A DNA stretch of 39,382 nt from an archaeon (GTDB lineage Archaea; EX4484-52; B79-G9): assembly GCA_043813875.1 (NCBI GenBank), contig JBDRKP010000005.1, forward strand, positions 1-39,382, written 5' to 3'. This document shows, one piece after another, positions 26,784 through 35,017 of this stretch. A program made the position numbers and the translations under genes. Under the pieces are notes generated by a model that was not told the DNA's origin, made no database searches, and saw only the letters and a list, made by a program, of their open reading frames with translations. Position 1 is the first letter of the stretch, and each line of letters opens with the position of its first letter.

Positions 26784-27644
26784 TCATTGCCTGAGAAACA
26801 GGATCGCTATGACTGATAATATCAGGGCGAGGAGTCTTAGGGGTGTTATTTTTTCGCGGTATACTATGACTGCAAGGAAGACCGTGACCAGCATGTTCAG
26901 CCCGATTATGGGAAATATCACTGATGCCGGGCCAACTTTCAAGGCGCTCATAACTGTGTAAAATGAGGCGTAGTTGAAGATGCCGATGGCAAATCCGGAT
27001 ATTATCGCTGATCTTTTGTTGTCTTTTTTGTCGCTGAGCCTGATGTTGAGCAGTTGGGATGGTATTATCAGCCAGATGTAGCTTAAGAACATGAAGAGGG
27101 TCACGTCGTAGCTGATCGCTGCGATTTTCACCATGAATTCTGAGATCGTGGTGAAGATGGCTGTTGCTATCGCAAGGATGATGCCTGCCCTGAAGTTGGC
27201 TTGTTTGATATCTTTTTTTGAGTTGCCGCTTGACAGGAGGAGGATGACGGCTAAAAATAATAGCATCCCGATGATTGTATTCTGTGTGTATGGCTCTTTG
27301 AGTATGATTATGCCGAGGAGTCCTGTGAGCGCAAAATGTACTCTTGATACCGGCAGTGCGACGACCGCAGGTATGTGCTTGAATGATTCGATCTTGACGT
27401 GGCGGGATACGAGGTAGAATGAGGCCTGTATCGCAGCGAATATGAATATCGGGATGTAGCTGTCTGGTGCCGTGAAGCTGAAGCAGAGGGCGATGCCTGA
27501 AAATATTGCGCCTGTGATGAAGCTTGCCATGAGTACGAGGCCTGTGTTGTATCTTTTTTCTGCCACGACTTTGTATATGAAGTTCTGGATGCCGTAAAGC
27601 ATCATGCCTATTATCGAGAGTGTGAACCAGTCCATTTGTGTCAC
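26784..27644 (-). CDS. EamA/DMT-family transporter
   Basis: About 10 TM segments in two repeats; ALKVGPASVIFPI, ILKE and YREKI motifs. Confidence 0.88.
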   Translation of the reverse strand: MTQMDWFTLSIIGMMLYGIQNFIYKVVAEKRYNTGLVLMASFITGAIFSGIALCFSFTAPDSYIPIFIFAAIQASFYLVSRHVKIESFKHIPAVVALPVSRVHFALTGLLGIIILKEPYTQNTIIGMLLFLAVILLLSSGNSKKDIKQANFRAGIILAIATAIFTTISEFMVKIAAISYDVTLFMFLSYIWLIIPSQLLNIRLSDKKDNKRSAIISGFAIGIFNYASFYTVMSALKVGPASVIFPIIGLNMLVTVFLAVIVYREKITPLRLLALILSVIAILFLRQ

Positions 27645-28159
27645 TTTGCATATTTTTTGGAGTATGTTACGAGGATTATTGTCATGAGGAAGCTTTCAAT
27701 TGCGAGGAAACTGAAGAAGGAATTGTCCGGGAGTATGGGTATTGTGCCGAAAAAATAGTCCATGATGTCGTTTGCGATGAACCATATGAGGGCGATAACC
27801 AGTGATTTTTTTGTGAATCTGTAGAGCCCTGGTATTATGTATGCTTCAAGAACCATTCCTGTGTGGAGTATGAATATCGCTGTGTATAGCATGGGTGCGT
27901 ATGTGAAGTAGTAATCCCTGTGCAACATCACTACAAGCAGTGTCCAGAAACCGTATTTTATGAGACCTATGAATGTTATGGTTGAGAGTAGATTGTTGTT
28001 CTTTCTGAATATATGTAATATCAGTACAATGGCGAACAGGAGCGTGTATAGCGGGCAGTCGGGTACGAATATCATCTTGTGCAGCGGTGTGGACGGCAGC
28101 TGGAGCCGGTAGTACCAGAAGCCGAATAGTGTGCCGGCTATGTTTAGGATGATGAGCAT
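27641..28159 (-). CDS. DUF1405-like membrane protein
   Basis: GTLFGFWYY, VPDCP, KYGFWT, H..M, NDIMDY. Confidence 0.8.
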   Translation of the reverse strand: MLIILNIAGTLFGFWYYRLQLPSTPLHKMIFVPDCPLYTLLFAIVLILHIFRKNNNLLSTITFIGLIKYGFWTLLVVMLHRDYYFTYAPMLYTAIFILHTGMVLEAYIIPGLYRFTKKSLVIALIWFIANDIMDYFFGTIPILPDNSFFSFLAIESFLMTIILVTYSKKYAK

Positions 28160-28185
28160 TTTCAGGCATAGTCTGTTTTTTGCGA

Positions 28186-28671
28186 TCAGATTGTAGTATC
28201 TCTTAATGTTTTTGATGGTATTCCGCCTGCATGTGTGTTTTTTTCTATGTCTTTGTTTACGAGCGTCATCGCTGATATCTCTGCGTTGTCGCCGATTGTC
28301 GTCCCGGCAAGGATTGTCGAGTTTGCGCCTATCATAACGTTGTTTCCGATCTTCACAATTCCCGTGCGGTATTCCCTGATGAGGAATTCGTGGGCCAGTA
28401 TTGTCGTGTTGTAGCCGATTATGCAGTTATTTCCTATCTCTATGAGTTCGGGAAAGAAGATGTCGAAGGTTGCTGCGAGCCCTATCATTGTGTTTTTGCC
28501 GATCTTCATGCCGGTTGTCCTCAGAAGTGTTCTTTTTAGGGCAAGTGAGGGGCAGTATCTGCATGCGTAGATTATGATGAAGTTGAAGATGACTCTTTGT
28601 GGGCTTTTTATCCTGTACCACTTGGTGAGGGAGTTGGGGGTGTGGGTCTTGTGGATATCCAGGTTGCGCAT
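28186..28671 (-). CDS. Hexapeptide-repeat acyltransferase (YvoF/DapH-like)
   Basis: IGKNTMIG, IGNNCIIG, ILAHE, IGNNVMIGANSTIL, AGGIP. Confidence 0.9.
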   Translation of the reverse strand: MRNLDIHKTHTPNSLTKWYRIKSPQRVIFNFIIIYACRYCPSLALKRTLLRTTGMKIGKNTMIGLAATFDIFFPELIEIGNNCIIGYNTTILAHEFLIREYRTGIVKIGNNVMIGANSTILAGTTIGDNAEISAMTLVNKDIEKNTHAGGIPSKTLRDTTI

Positions 28672-28738
28672 TAGATGTCTTTGGGTGTGGGAGGTTAAAA
28701 AGGTTGAGTTTATGGTCTGCTTTTTGATAATGTCTTGT

Positions 28739-29104
28739 CTATAAACCTTCTTCGTCTGTCACGGGTTCGAATAATCCTAATTTCTCTAGAATTTCTTGCG
28801 TTTGTTCATATAACTTTTTGTCTGTCTTTTCTATGGATACAATTGGTATGCAGCGCCCTTCGAGTGCGTTTTTTTGGGCATAATATATGCTGATTTTCTT
28901 GTCTGACAGGAATCCGGTTTCTATCTCTATATTTCCATAGAAATCTTTGGCTAAGCTGGGCTTTATCTGCATATAATGTATTTCGTTGCCGTATTTTGTG
29001 AGTAATTGGTTAAGGATTTGACCTATGGTGCCTTTATCTTCTTTGCAGCATTCTGTTAAGATGTCGTCGTATGTCTGAAGTATGTTTTTCGAAGTTAGTT
29101 CCAT
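28739..29104 (-). CDS. Hypothetical protein
   Basis: About 120-aa ORF; GGTGA lies just upstream of ATG 29104 (alternative start GTG 29113). Confidence 0.6.
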   Translation of the reverse strand: MELTSKNILQTYDDILTECCKEDKGTIGQILNQLLTKYGNEIHYMQIKPSLAKDFYGNIEIETGFLSDKKISIYYAQKNALEGRCIPIVSIEKTDKKLYEQTQEILEKLGLFEPVTDEEGL

Positions 29105-29254
29105 TATTTTCACCTATATCTCGTAATATCTTTTTTATTCTATGGGAATCTTTATATTTATTTGGATTTTCGCATCTTGTTGGTGATTACAGATAAGTGA
29201 TTTTGCTTTGAGCTATCTATCATAAATAAATATTTCTATGTATAGTGATACTTT

Positions 29255-29716
29255 ATGGCGAATAGGAAGGCTATCATCAAGAGAACTGTCATCCTGCTTG
29301 TAATTGCCGGTTTTGTCTTTGTTTTTGTAGCGATTGGACAGAAGCAGGGGCAGGATCACAACACTGTCTGTTTTGATGATTCGTGCGTCGATGTGGAGCT
29401 TGCTGTGACGCCTGATGAGATCATGACAGGCCTGATGAACCGGGAGCATCTTCCTCAATCCCGCGGGATGCTTTTTATTTTCGAGGATGAGGGAGTGCAT
29501 ATGTTCTGGATGAAAAATACGCTTATACCTCTTGATATCATCTGGATGGATCCTTTTGGGAAGATCATCTATGTTGAGCGGGATGCGCCTCCCTGTACTA
29601 CGCCGGTATGTCCTACATATGGGCCGGCTGCCGGTTCTAAGTATGTGCTTGAGGCCAATGCAGGATATGCTGAGAAATACGGTGTCAATGCCGGTGATGT
29701 GGCAAGGATCAGATGA
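29255..29716 (+). CDS. DUF192 family protein with N-terminal membrane anchor
   Basis: GLMNRE, GMLFIF, FWMKNTLIPLDII, YVLEANAG. Confidence 0.92.
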   Translation: MANRKAIIKRTVILLVIAGFVFVFVAIGQKQGQDHNTVCFDDSCVDVELAVTPDEIMTGLMNREHLPQSRGMLFIFEDEGVHMFWMKNTLIPLDIIWMDPFGKIIYVERDAPPCTTPVCPTYGPAAGSKYVLEANAGYAEKYGVNAGDVARIR

Positions 29717-29782
29717 TTTATTCTTATCGGAATAATAGTGTCAGTAGAGTATTTAAGTGTTCCATATTAATACTATTTCCGT

Positions 29783-29883
29783 TATAGTCAATCGACTAAC
29801 TTTTCGTGGTCATAATCTGACCATCATACATGATTGACTATATGGGGATCCACAATCATTAAAATGCTGGTGGATTCACTATA
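29783..29883 (-). repeat. Modular hairpin element copy D (101 bp) upstream of metK
   Basis: Minus strand reads TATAGT-GAATCCAC/GTGGATCC-CCAT-ATAGTCAATC/GATTGACTATA with an inner TGGTCA/TGACCA hairpin. Confidence 0.82.
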
Positions 29884-29906
29884 AAACAATTTTGAGGTGT
29901 AATTTT

Positions 29907-31076
29907 ATGTCTAACAAAAGAACGGTCCATCTGTTCACATCGGAATCGGTTACAGAAGGTCATCCTGATAAGATGGCTGATATTATATCTGACTCGATTC
30001 TTGATGCGATACTGGCGCAAGACCCTGCAGGGAGAGTGGCGTGCGAGACGCTTGTGGCTACCGGCATGGTGCTGGTCGCAGGGCAGATAACGACGAAATG
30101 TTATGTTGAGATCCCGAAGATCGTGAGGCAGACTATCAAGGGAATCGGTTATGAGGACGGCAAGTCCGGTTTTGACTGGGAGACGTGTGCTGTCATCACA
30201 TCTATTGATGAGCAGTCGCCAGATATTTCTGTCGGCGTGACGGAGGTCGGTTCTCACGAACAGGGTGCAGGGGACCAGGGACTGATGTTCGGGTATGCGT
30301 CGAATGAGACTCCTGAGCTTATGCCGATGCCGATCATACTTGCGCACAAGCTGTGCTACAGGCTTTCGGAGGCAAGAAGGACAGGGGAACTTCCATATCT
30401 TCGACCTGACGGCAAATCGCAGGTCACTATCGAGTATGTTGATAATGTTCCGACGAGAGTCGAAGCTGTTGTGATAGCTGCCCAGCATACTGAAGATGTG
30501 ACTCATGACAGGATAAAAAAGGATATCATAGAGCATGTCATCAGGAAGGTCATACCTGCTAAGTTCCTTGATGCGAATACAAAATATCATGTGAATGAGA
30601 CCGGAAGGTTCGTAATCGGCGGACCACAGGCAGATACGGGCCTTACCGGCAGGAAGATTATCGTCGATACGTACGGCGGGCGTGGAAGCCACGGAGGCGG
30701 TTGCTTTTCAGGGAAGGATCCGTCAAAGGTCGACAGGTCGAGTTCCTATGCAGGAAGATGGGTCGCAAAGAACATTGTGGCGGCAGGCCTTGCAGACAAG
30801 TGCGAGGTCCAGGTGGCTTATGCCATAGGCGTCGCAAGACCGGTTTCGATAAATGTTGACACTGAAGGCACTGCGAAAATACCAGAGGATCAGATTGTTG
30901 AGCTGATCAGGAAGCATTTTGATCTGAGGCCGAGAGCGATAATAGATAATCTGAAGCTGTTGCGCCCGATATATAAGAAGACGGCAGCTTATGGGCATTT
31001 CGGAAGGAGTGATCCTGATTTTACGTGGGAAAAGACAGATAAGGCCGCTGCGTTACGGAAAGATGCCGGCCTTTGA
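29907..31076 (+). CDS. metK: S-adenosylmethionine synthetase, bacterial/eukaryotic type
   Basis: [53 protein letters not shown] before ATG 29907. Confidence 0.97.
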   Translation: MSNKRTVHLFTSESVTEGHPDKMADIISDSILDAILAQDPAGRVACETLVATGMVLVAGQITTKCYVEIPKIVRQTIKGIGYEDGKSGFDWETCAVITSIDEQSPDISVGVTEVGSHEQGAGDQGLMFGYASNETPELMPMPIILAHKLCYRLSEARRTGELPYLRPDGKSQVTIEYVDNVPTRVEAVVIAAQHTEDVTHDRIKKDIIEHVIRKVIPAKFLDANTKYHVNETGRFVIGGPQADTGLTGRKIIVDTYGGRGSHGGGCFSGKDPSKVDRSSSYAGRWVAKNIVAAGLADKCEVQVAYAIGVARPVSINVDTEGTAKIPEDQIVELIRKHFDLRPRAIIDNLKLLRPIYKKTAAYGHFGRSDPDFTWEKTDKAAALRKDAGL

Positions 31077-31408
31077 GTGATTTGTATGAGCACTGTGTGC
31101 TCTTTTCTTATTTTTCTTATTTTCAGGTGATTTTTTTGTTGGTGGCAATGCTACTGATTTCTTGCAGGAATATTTGCGTATTAGTGCAGTCTTTCAAGCC
31201 TGCATGCAGAGCCTGCAAAGCATTATATACTTGTTCTACCTATTCATGTTTATCTCTTGCTATGGTTTTTCCTAACAATAGTTTAGGGAGATACTCATGG
31301 AAATATCTTCTTTAGCCATACAAAAGAAATATTAATATACTCAGACAACGTTATCATAGAACATAAACTTATAGAACATAATCAAAGAGTAACCAAAGAG
31401 GTGTCAAA

Positions 31409-31690
31409 ATGGCAGAATATACAATAAATATCAAACCCCCCGAAAAGATGGATCTCACGATAACAGGGACGGACTCGCAGCAACTTGCGCTCATCCCGAA
31501 CGATTTTCAGCAGATAACAGTAGACTACGAGGGCGATACGTTGATATTCCAGGGAAAGAAAATCAACGCAGTAGCATCACTCAAATGCATATCAGATGTA
31601 TTCTGGATGATACTCTCCCTGACATCAAAAGGCTTCACAATCGAACCGAACGAACCCATCGACATCCTGAAAAAAGTAAACCTGAAATGA
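31409..31690 (+). CDS. Hypothetical protein (93 aa)
   Basis: GAGGTG 5 nt before the ATG; consistent codon usage; 7 nt from the next gene. Confidence 0.75.
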   Translation: MAEYTINIKPPEKMDLTITGTDSQQLALIPNDFQQITVDYEGDTLIFQGKKINAVASLKCISDVFWMILSLTSKGFTIEPNEPIDILKKVNLK

Positions 31691-31697
31691 GATTGTA

Positions 31698-32288
31698 ATG
31701 AAAGAAAAAAATATCAAATGCGCTTCCTGCAAAAAAGATGCCATCAACGACGGATGGACATACTGCCCGTACTGCGGCGAAGCGCTCAAAAAAGGGCCTC
31801 TATATGCAATCGGGATGCAGGACGTGGCTGAGAGGATGCTCTACGGGCTGCAGAAGAGCCTGATGAAAAAACTCTTCATCACCTTGAAAGACACCCTCAG
31901 GCAGGAAGAAGAATCACATGCACGCGGATTCACAGTAAAGATAACCTCAGACCACGCTCAATCCCATGCAAAAATGGAACGTTCAACAAAAACGACCTGG
32001 AAAGAAACAGACATGACCATATCAAAAAACAGGCCTGTCCCAAAAGAGACAATTGAGCCCGAAACAAACATCGTGAAGCTTCCCGACAGGCTGAAAATCG
32101 ACGTATCCCTTCCAGGCATAGGATGCATTGATGATATCGATGTCCTCGAATTCAAAAATTCCAGTGAGATCCGCGCTTATATCGGTGATACGCTCTACTT
32201 CAAAATAATAGAAAAACCACAGGATCTGAATCTCTCTGAAAAAAAGCTGTGCAACGACACATTCAGTCTTGAATTCACGCGCGAGTAA
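31698..32288 (+). CDS. Zinc-ribbon protein with HSP20-like C-terminal domain
   Basis: CASC...YCPYCG; C-terminal EPET...IDVSLPGI...DIDV...SEIRAY..LYFKII. Confidence 0.75.
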   Translation: MKEKNIKCASCKKDAINDGWTYCPYCGEALKKGPLYAIGMQDVAERMLYGLQKSLMKKLFITLKDTLRQEEESHARGFTVKITSDHAQSHAKMERSTKTTWKETDMTISKNRPVPKETIEPETNIVKLPDRLKIDVSLPGIGCIDDIDVLEFKNSSEIRAYIGDTLYFKIIEKPQDLNLSEKKLCNDTFSLEFTRE

Positions 32289-32290
32289 TC

Positions 32291-32298
32291 TTTATATA
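32291..32298 (+). promoter_or_regulatory. Candidate TATA box, probably leaderless transcript
   Basis: TTTATATA ending about 25 nt before ATG 32323, with no SD motif. Confidence 0.5.
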
Positions 32299-32322
32299 TA
32301 AGGTAAAACATATACATCTAAT

Positions 32323-33159
32323 ATGAAGAAAATAAAAATGCTGCTCGTATTTCTCATCATAGCATCATACATATCATTCTCAATAAGCACTTCCTTTGCA
32401 GAAGAAGATTATCATCATGATAATGACAATCCGTATCAAGAAGAGTTCGAACAAAATTTAGTAAAGGAAGGAAAATTCTTAAGACACAAAGATACCGGCA
32501 TACTCGCACATAATCCGGACGAATTAGATGGCACCGTAACATCGCCAACAGAACTAACAATAGATAAAATTGCATTCAAATACAAAAATTACAACAACTT
32601 TATAATGATACCCGATGACAACGAACCGTCCATAATACTCATCTTCAACAAAGGAAGCGTAAAATCGACATTATACATCGATAAGAAAGCAAAGGAAATA
32701 CTCGATGAAAGCGGGAGCAGCATAGAAATAATAACAGAAGGCTCAACTTCAAGCTCCTTAATAGTAGACAAATCTGACATCCAGCCGACTGATACATCAG
32801 GAATATTCGCTATTGAAATCAAAGACAAAGACAGCAAAAAAGACCTGACAGGCGCAATCAAGAATGAACTCAAAACCGGCAGCAAAACAATATATCCCAA
32901 GATAACAAGCCCTGATTCAACGATAACAGGATCCAAAGTGACAATCAAAGACCCTACCCTGACGAGCATAAAAAATTTCAAGGACCTGATTTTATGGATT
33001 AACCTTCAGTTCAACACTAATTTAGATAATGATGAGAAAAAGATATTAAAAGACGGCATTCTTCTGACTCTGGAAAAGACAGTCGAAGATGCCACATCGC
33101 CCCCGCTCGACGAAACTCTGCCAGAAGAACCTATTGTATACTCATGCCCGATTGAATGA
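32323..33159 (+). CDS. Exported hypothetical protein, paralog 1
   Basis: Signal peptide MKKIKMLLVFLII; shares GTVTSP, KGS.KSTLY, SKTIYPKIT, DNDEKKILK.GILLTLEKTVED with the next ORF. Confidence 0.85.
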   Translation: MKKIKMLLVFLIIASYISFSISTSFAEEDYHHDNDNPYQEEFEQNLVKEGKFLRHKDTGILAHNPDELDGTVTSPTELTIDKIAFKYKNYNNFIMIPDDNEPSIILIFNKGSVKSTLYIDKKAKEILDESGSSIEIITEGSTSSSLIVDKSDIQPTDTSGIFAIEIKDKDSKKDLTGAIKNELKTGSKTIYPKITSPDSTITGSKVTIKDPTLTSIKNFKDLILWINLQFNTNLDNDEKKILKDGILLTLEKTVEDATSPPLDETLPEEPIVYSCPIE

Positions 33160-33167
33160 ATACAGAA

Positions 33168-33193
33168 ATTTAATTTAATGCCGTAAATTAAAT
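33168..33193. terminator. AT-rich 10-bp inverted repeat with 6-nt spacer after the paralog 1 stop
   Basis: ATTTAATTTA-ATGCCG-TAAATTAAAT. Confidence 0.35.
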
Positions 33194-33237
33194 GACAACT
33201 ATACTCCGATTATCAAAAAACAGACAGAGGACTTCTA

Positions 33238-34104
33238 ATGAGAAAAAATACAAAAATCCTGATTCTAATATCACTCATTCCTATAATCATACTATCAATC
33301 ATAATCAATACCCAGCTATCAACTCGTAATGACAGCAATGAAGACAAAGAATATCTGGCATTTAAAAATAGCCTGATTCGAGATGGAATATACATAAGGC
33401 ACAATGAAACAGGCATAATCGCAATCGACCCATCAGAATTGGGCGGCACAGTAACATCACCATCAAAACCGAATGAACCGACAGAAATATCGATAGACGG
33501 AATCGCATTCAGATACAACGATGAGAACCCGTTTGAACCATTTGTTTTTGATCCAGAAGACGGGGAACCCTCGATGGTCATCATATTCAAAAAAGGAAGC
33601 ATAAAGTCAACACTCTACCTGGACGAAGATGCAAAAAAAGCGCTCGACGAAGGAGGTACTATTGAAATCATTGTAGAAGGATCACAGACAAGCCCATTAA
33701 TAGTTAATAAGTCAGATATCCAAAAAAGCAAAGAACCAGGCTTATATCTGATTGAACTCAAAGACAGCGACCACAAAAATGACCTGAAAGAAACTTTTGA
33801 AGAACTCAAACCCAAAAGCAAGACAATATACCCCAAAATAACAACATCGAAATCAAGTGCGAAAGGAACCACAATCACAGTCAAAGAATCGGAAGAAGTA
33901 AACCCCCTAAACAGCTTTAATGAATTTATCTTATGGACCAATATGAAAATGAATGTGGATTTCGATAATGACGAGAAAAAAATATTAAAAGAAGGCATCC
34001 TTTTGACACTAGAAAAAACAGTTGAAGACAGGACAGCATCACCAGAAGACAAAAGCACAGAACCAGAAGATACATATCCTGACGATGTGTGCGTGATACG
34101 CTGA
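33238..34104 (+). CDS. Exported/membrane-anchored hypothetical protein, paralog 2
   Basis: N-terminal hydrophobic anchor; colinear similarity to 32323-33159. Confidence 0.85.
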   Translation: MRKNTKILILISLIPIIILSIIINTQLSTRNDSNEDKEYLAFKNSLIRDGIYIRHNETGIIAIDPSELGGTVTSPSKPNEPTEISIDGIAFRYNDENPFEPFVFDPEDGEPSMVIIFKKGSIKSTLYLDEDAKKALDEGGTIEIIVEGSQTSPLIVNKSDIQKSKEPGLYLIELKDSDHKNDLKETFEELKPKSKTIYPKITTSKSSAKGTTITVKESEEVNPLNSFNEFILWTNMKMNVDFDNDEKKILKEGILLTLEKTVEDRTASPEDKSTEPEDTYPDDVCVIR

Positions 34105-34175
34105 TTTAGTGTATTCGCTAAATAAAATTTGTGCGGATTGCCATTAATGATATAAAAATACACGAAAGAAGATTT

Positions 34176-34583
34176 TTACTCTGACTTCACTTCTTTTGCC
34201 TTCCCAGCTATGCCAAAAATAGAGTCAAGCGACTGCTTACCATACTTCACTACTTTCACATTCACCTGTGAGACATCACGGGAAACCGCAGCCCCGCAAA
34301 CCGTTTTTCGCCTTCTTAAGCCATCCATCTTCGATCTCATTCCCGGACCAAAAGACAAAAGAACAGGCTGCACAGCAGAACCAATAATACCCTTTTTCAT
34401 AGGAAATCCGCCTTTTCCGGAACCCCCGGTAATCTTTAGTTTATACCCCGGGATGTCAATAATACCTCCATCAAACTCATCAGCAACCTTAGAACCGATA
34501 AGCGAGGAAATCTTTGAAACATCTACCTCTTTCTGATAACACTTCGCTGTTTTAGCATCCGCAATCACAAATTTTATACCCAT
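34176..34583 (-). CDS. rps6e: 30S ribosomal protein S6e (eS6)
   Basis: YKLKITGGS..GFPM, GLRRRKTVCG, QVNVKVV; GGTGA upstream. Confidence 0.95.
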   Translation of the reverse strand: MGIKFVIADAKTAKCYQKEVDVSKISSLIGSKVADEFDGGIIDIPGYKLKITGGSGKGGFPMKKGIIGSAVQPVLLSFGPGMRSKMDGLRRRKTVCGAAVSRDVSQVNVKVVKYGKQSLDSIFGIAGKAKEVKSE

Positions 34584-34756
34584 TATAATTCACCTATTGT
34601 TATAATATATATCACGATTCAGAATAATATTGAATAATATTCTTAAACATCAAATATTGACATATAAGTTTTATAAATGTTATTGGAACAACAACAACAA
34701 AACTCACTTTTCCACTGAAAGCAAACATTTCGCACCGCCAAATAGAATACGAAAGC

Positions 34757-34858
34757 CCCGGACTCGTCCCAAACATAGAACTCATCTACTCCACAATAAT
34801 CGCAACAGTCTTTTTTGTGAACCTGATAAGCATCCCCCTGCTAAGATATACCCTCAAA
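34757..34858 (+). pseudogene. Possible remnant of the last TM helix of a cation:proton antiporter
   Basis: Startless frame PGLVPNIELIYSTIIATVFFVNLISIPLLRYTLK resembles a CPA C-terminal helix. Confidence 0.35.
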
Positions 34859-35017
34859 AACAGCACAGGACCATCAAAAGACCATATAGGCACAGACATG
34901 AAAACAGATATAAATAATCTAAAAACACATATAATGCATATAAAATAATCTGCAGGAATATATAAAAGATAGAAATCATATATTTAAACAAGCAAATACA
35001 AGTTTTGTAGTGTACAT

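Noticed and set aside
26701..27651. 316-aa alternative-frame ORF over the EamA gene, and similar long shadow ORFs across the window
   Set aside because: His/Arg-rich frame shadows caused by biased codon usage, overlapping well-supported genes.
31266..31290. CCTAA-N7-TTAGG as a dif site
   Set aside because: The spacer is 7 nt rather than the 6 nt of Xer sites, and the arms are short.
31073..31315. 80-aa ORF after metK
   Set aside because: TTG start, T-rich low-complexity sequence, no SD motif or recognisable domain.
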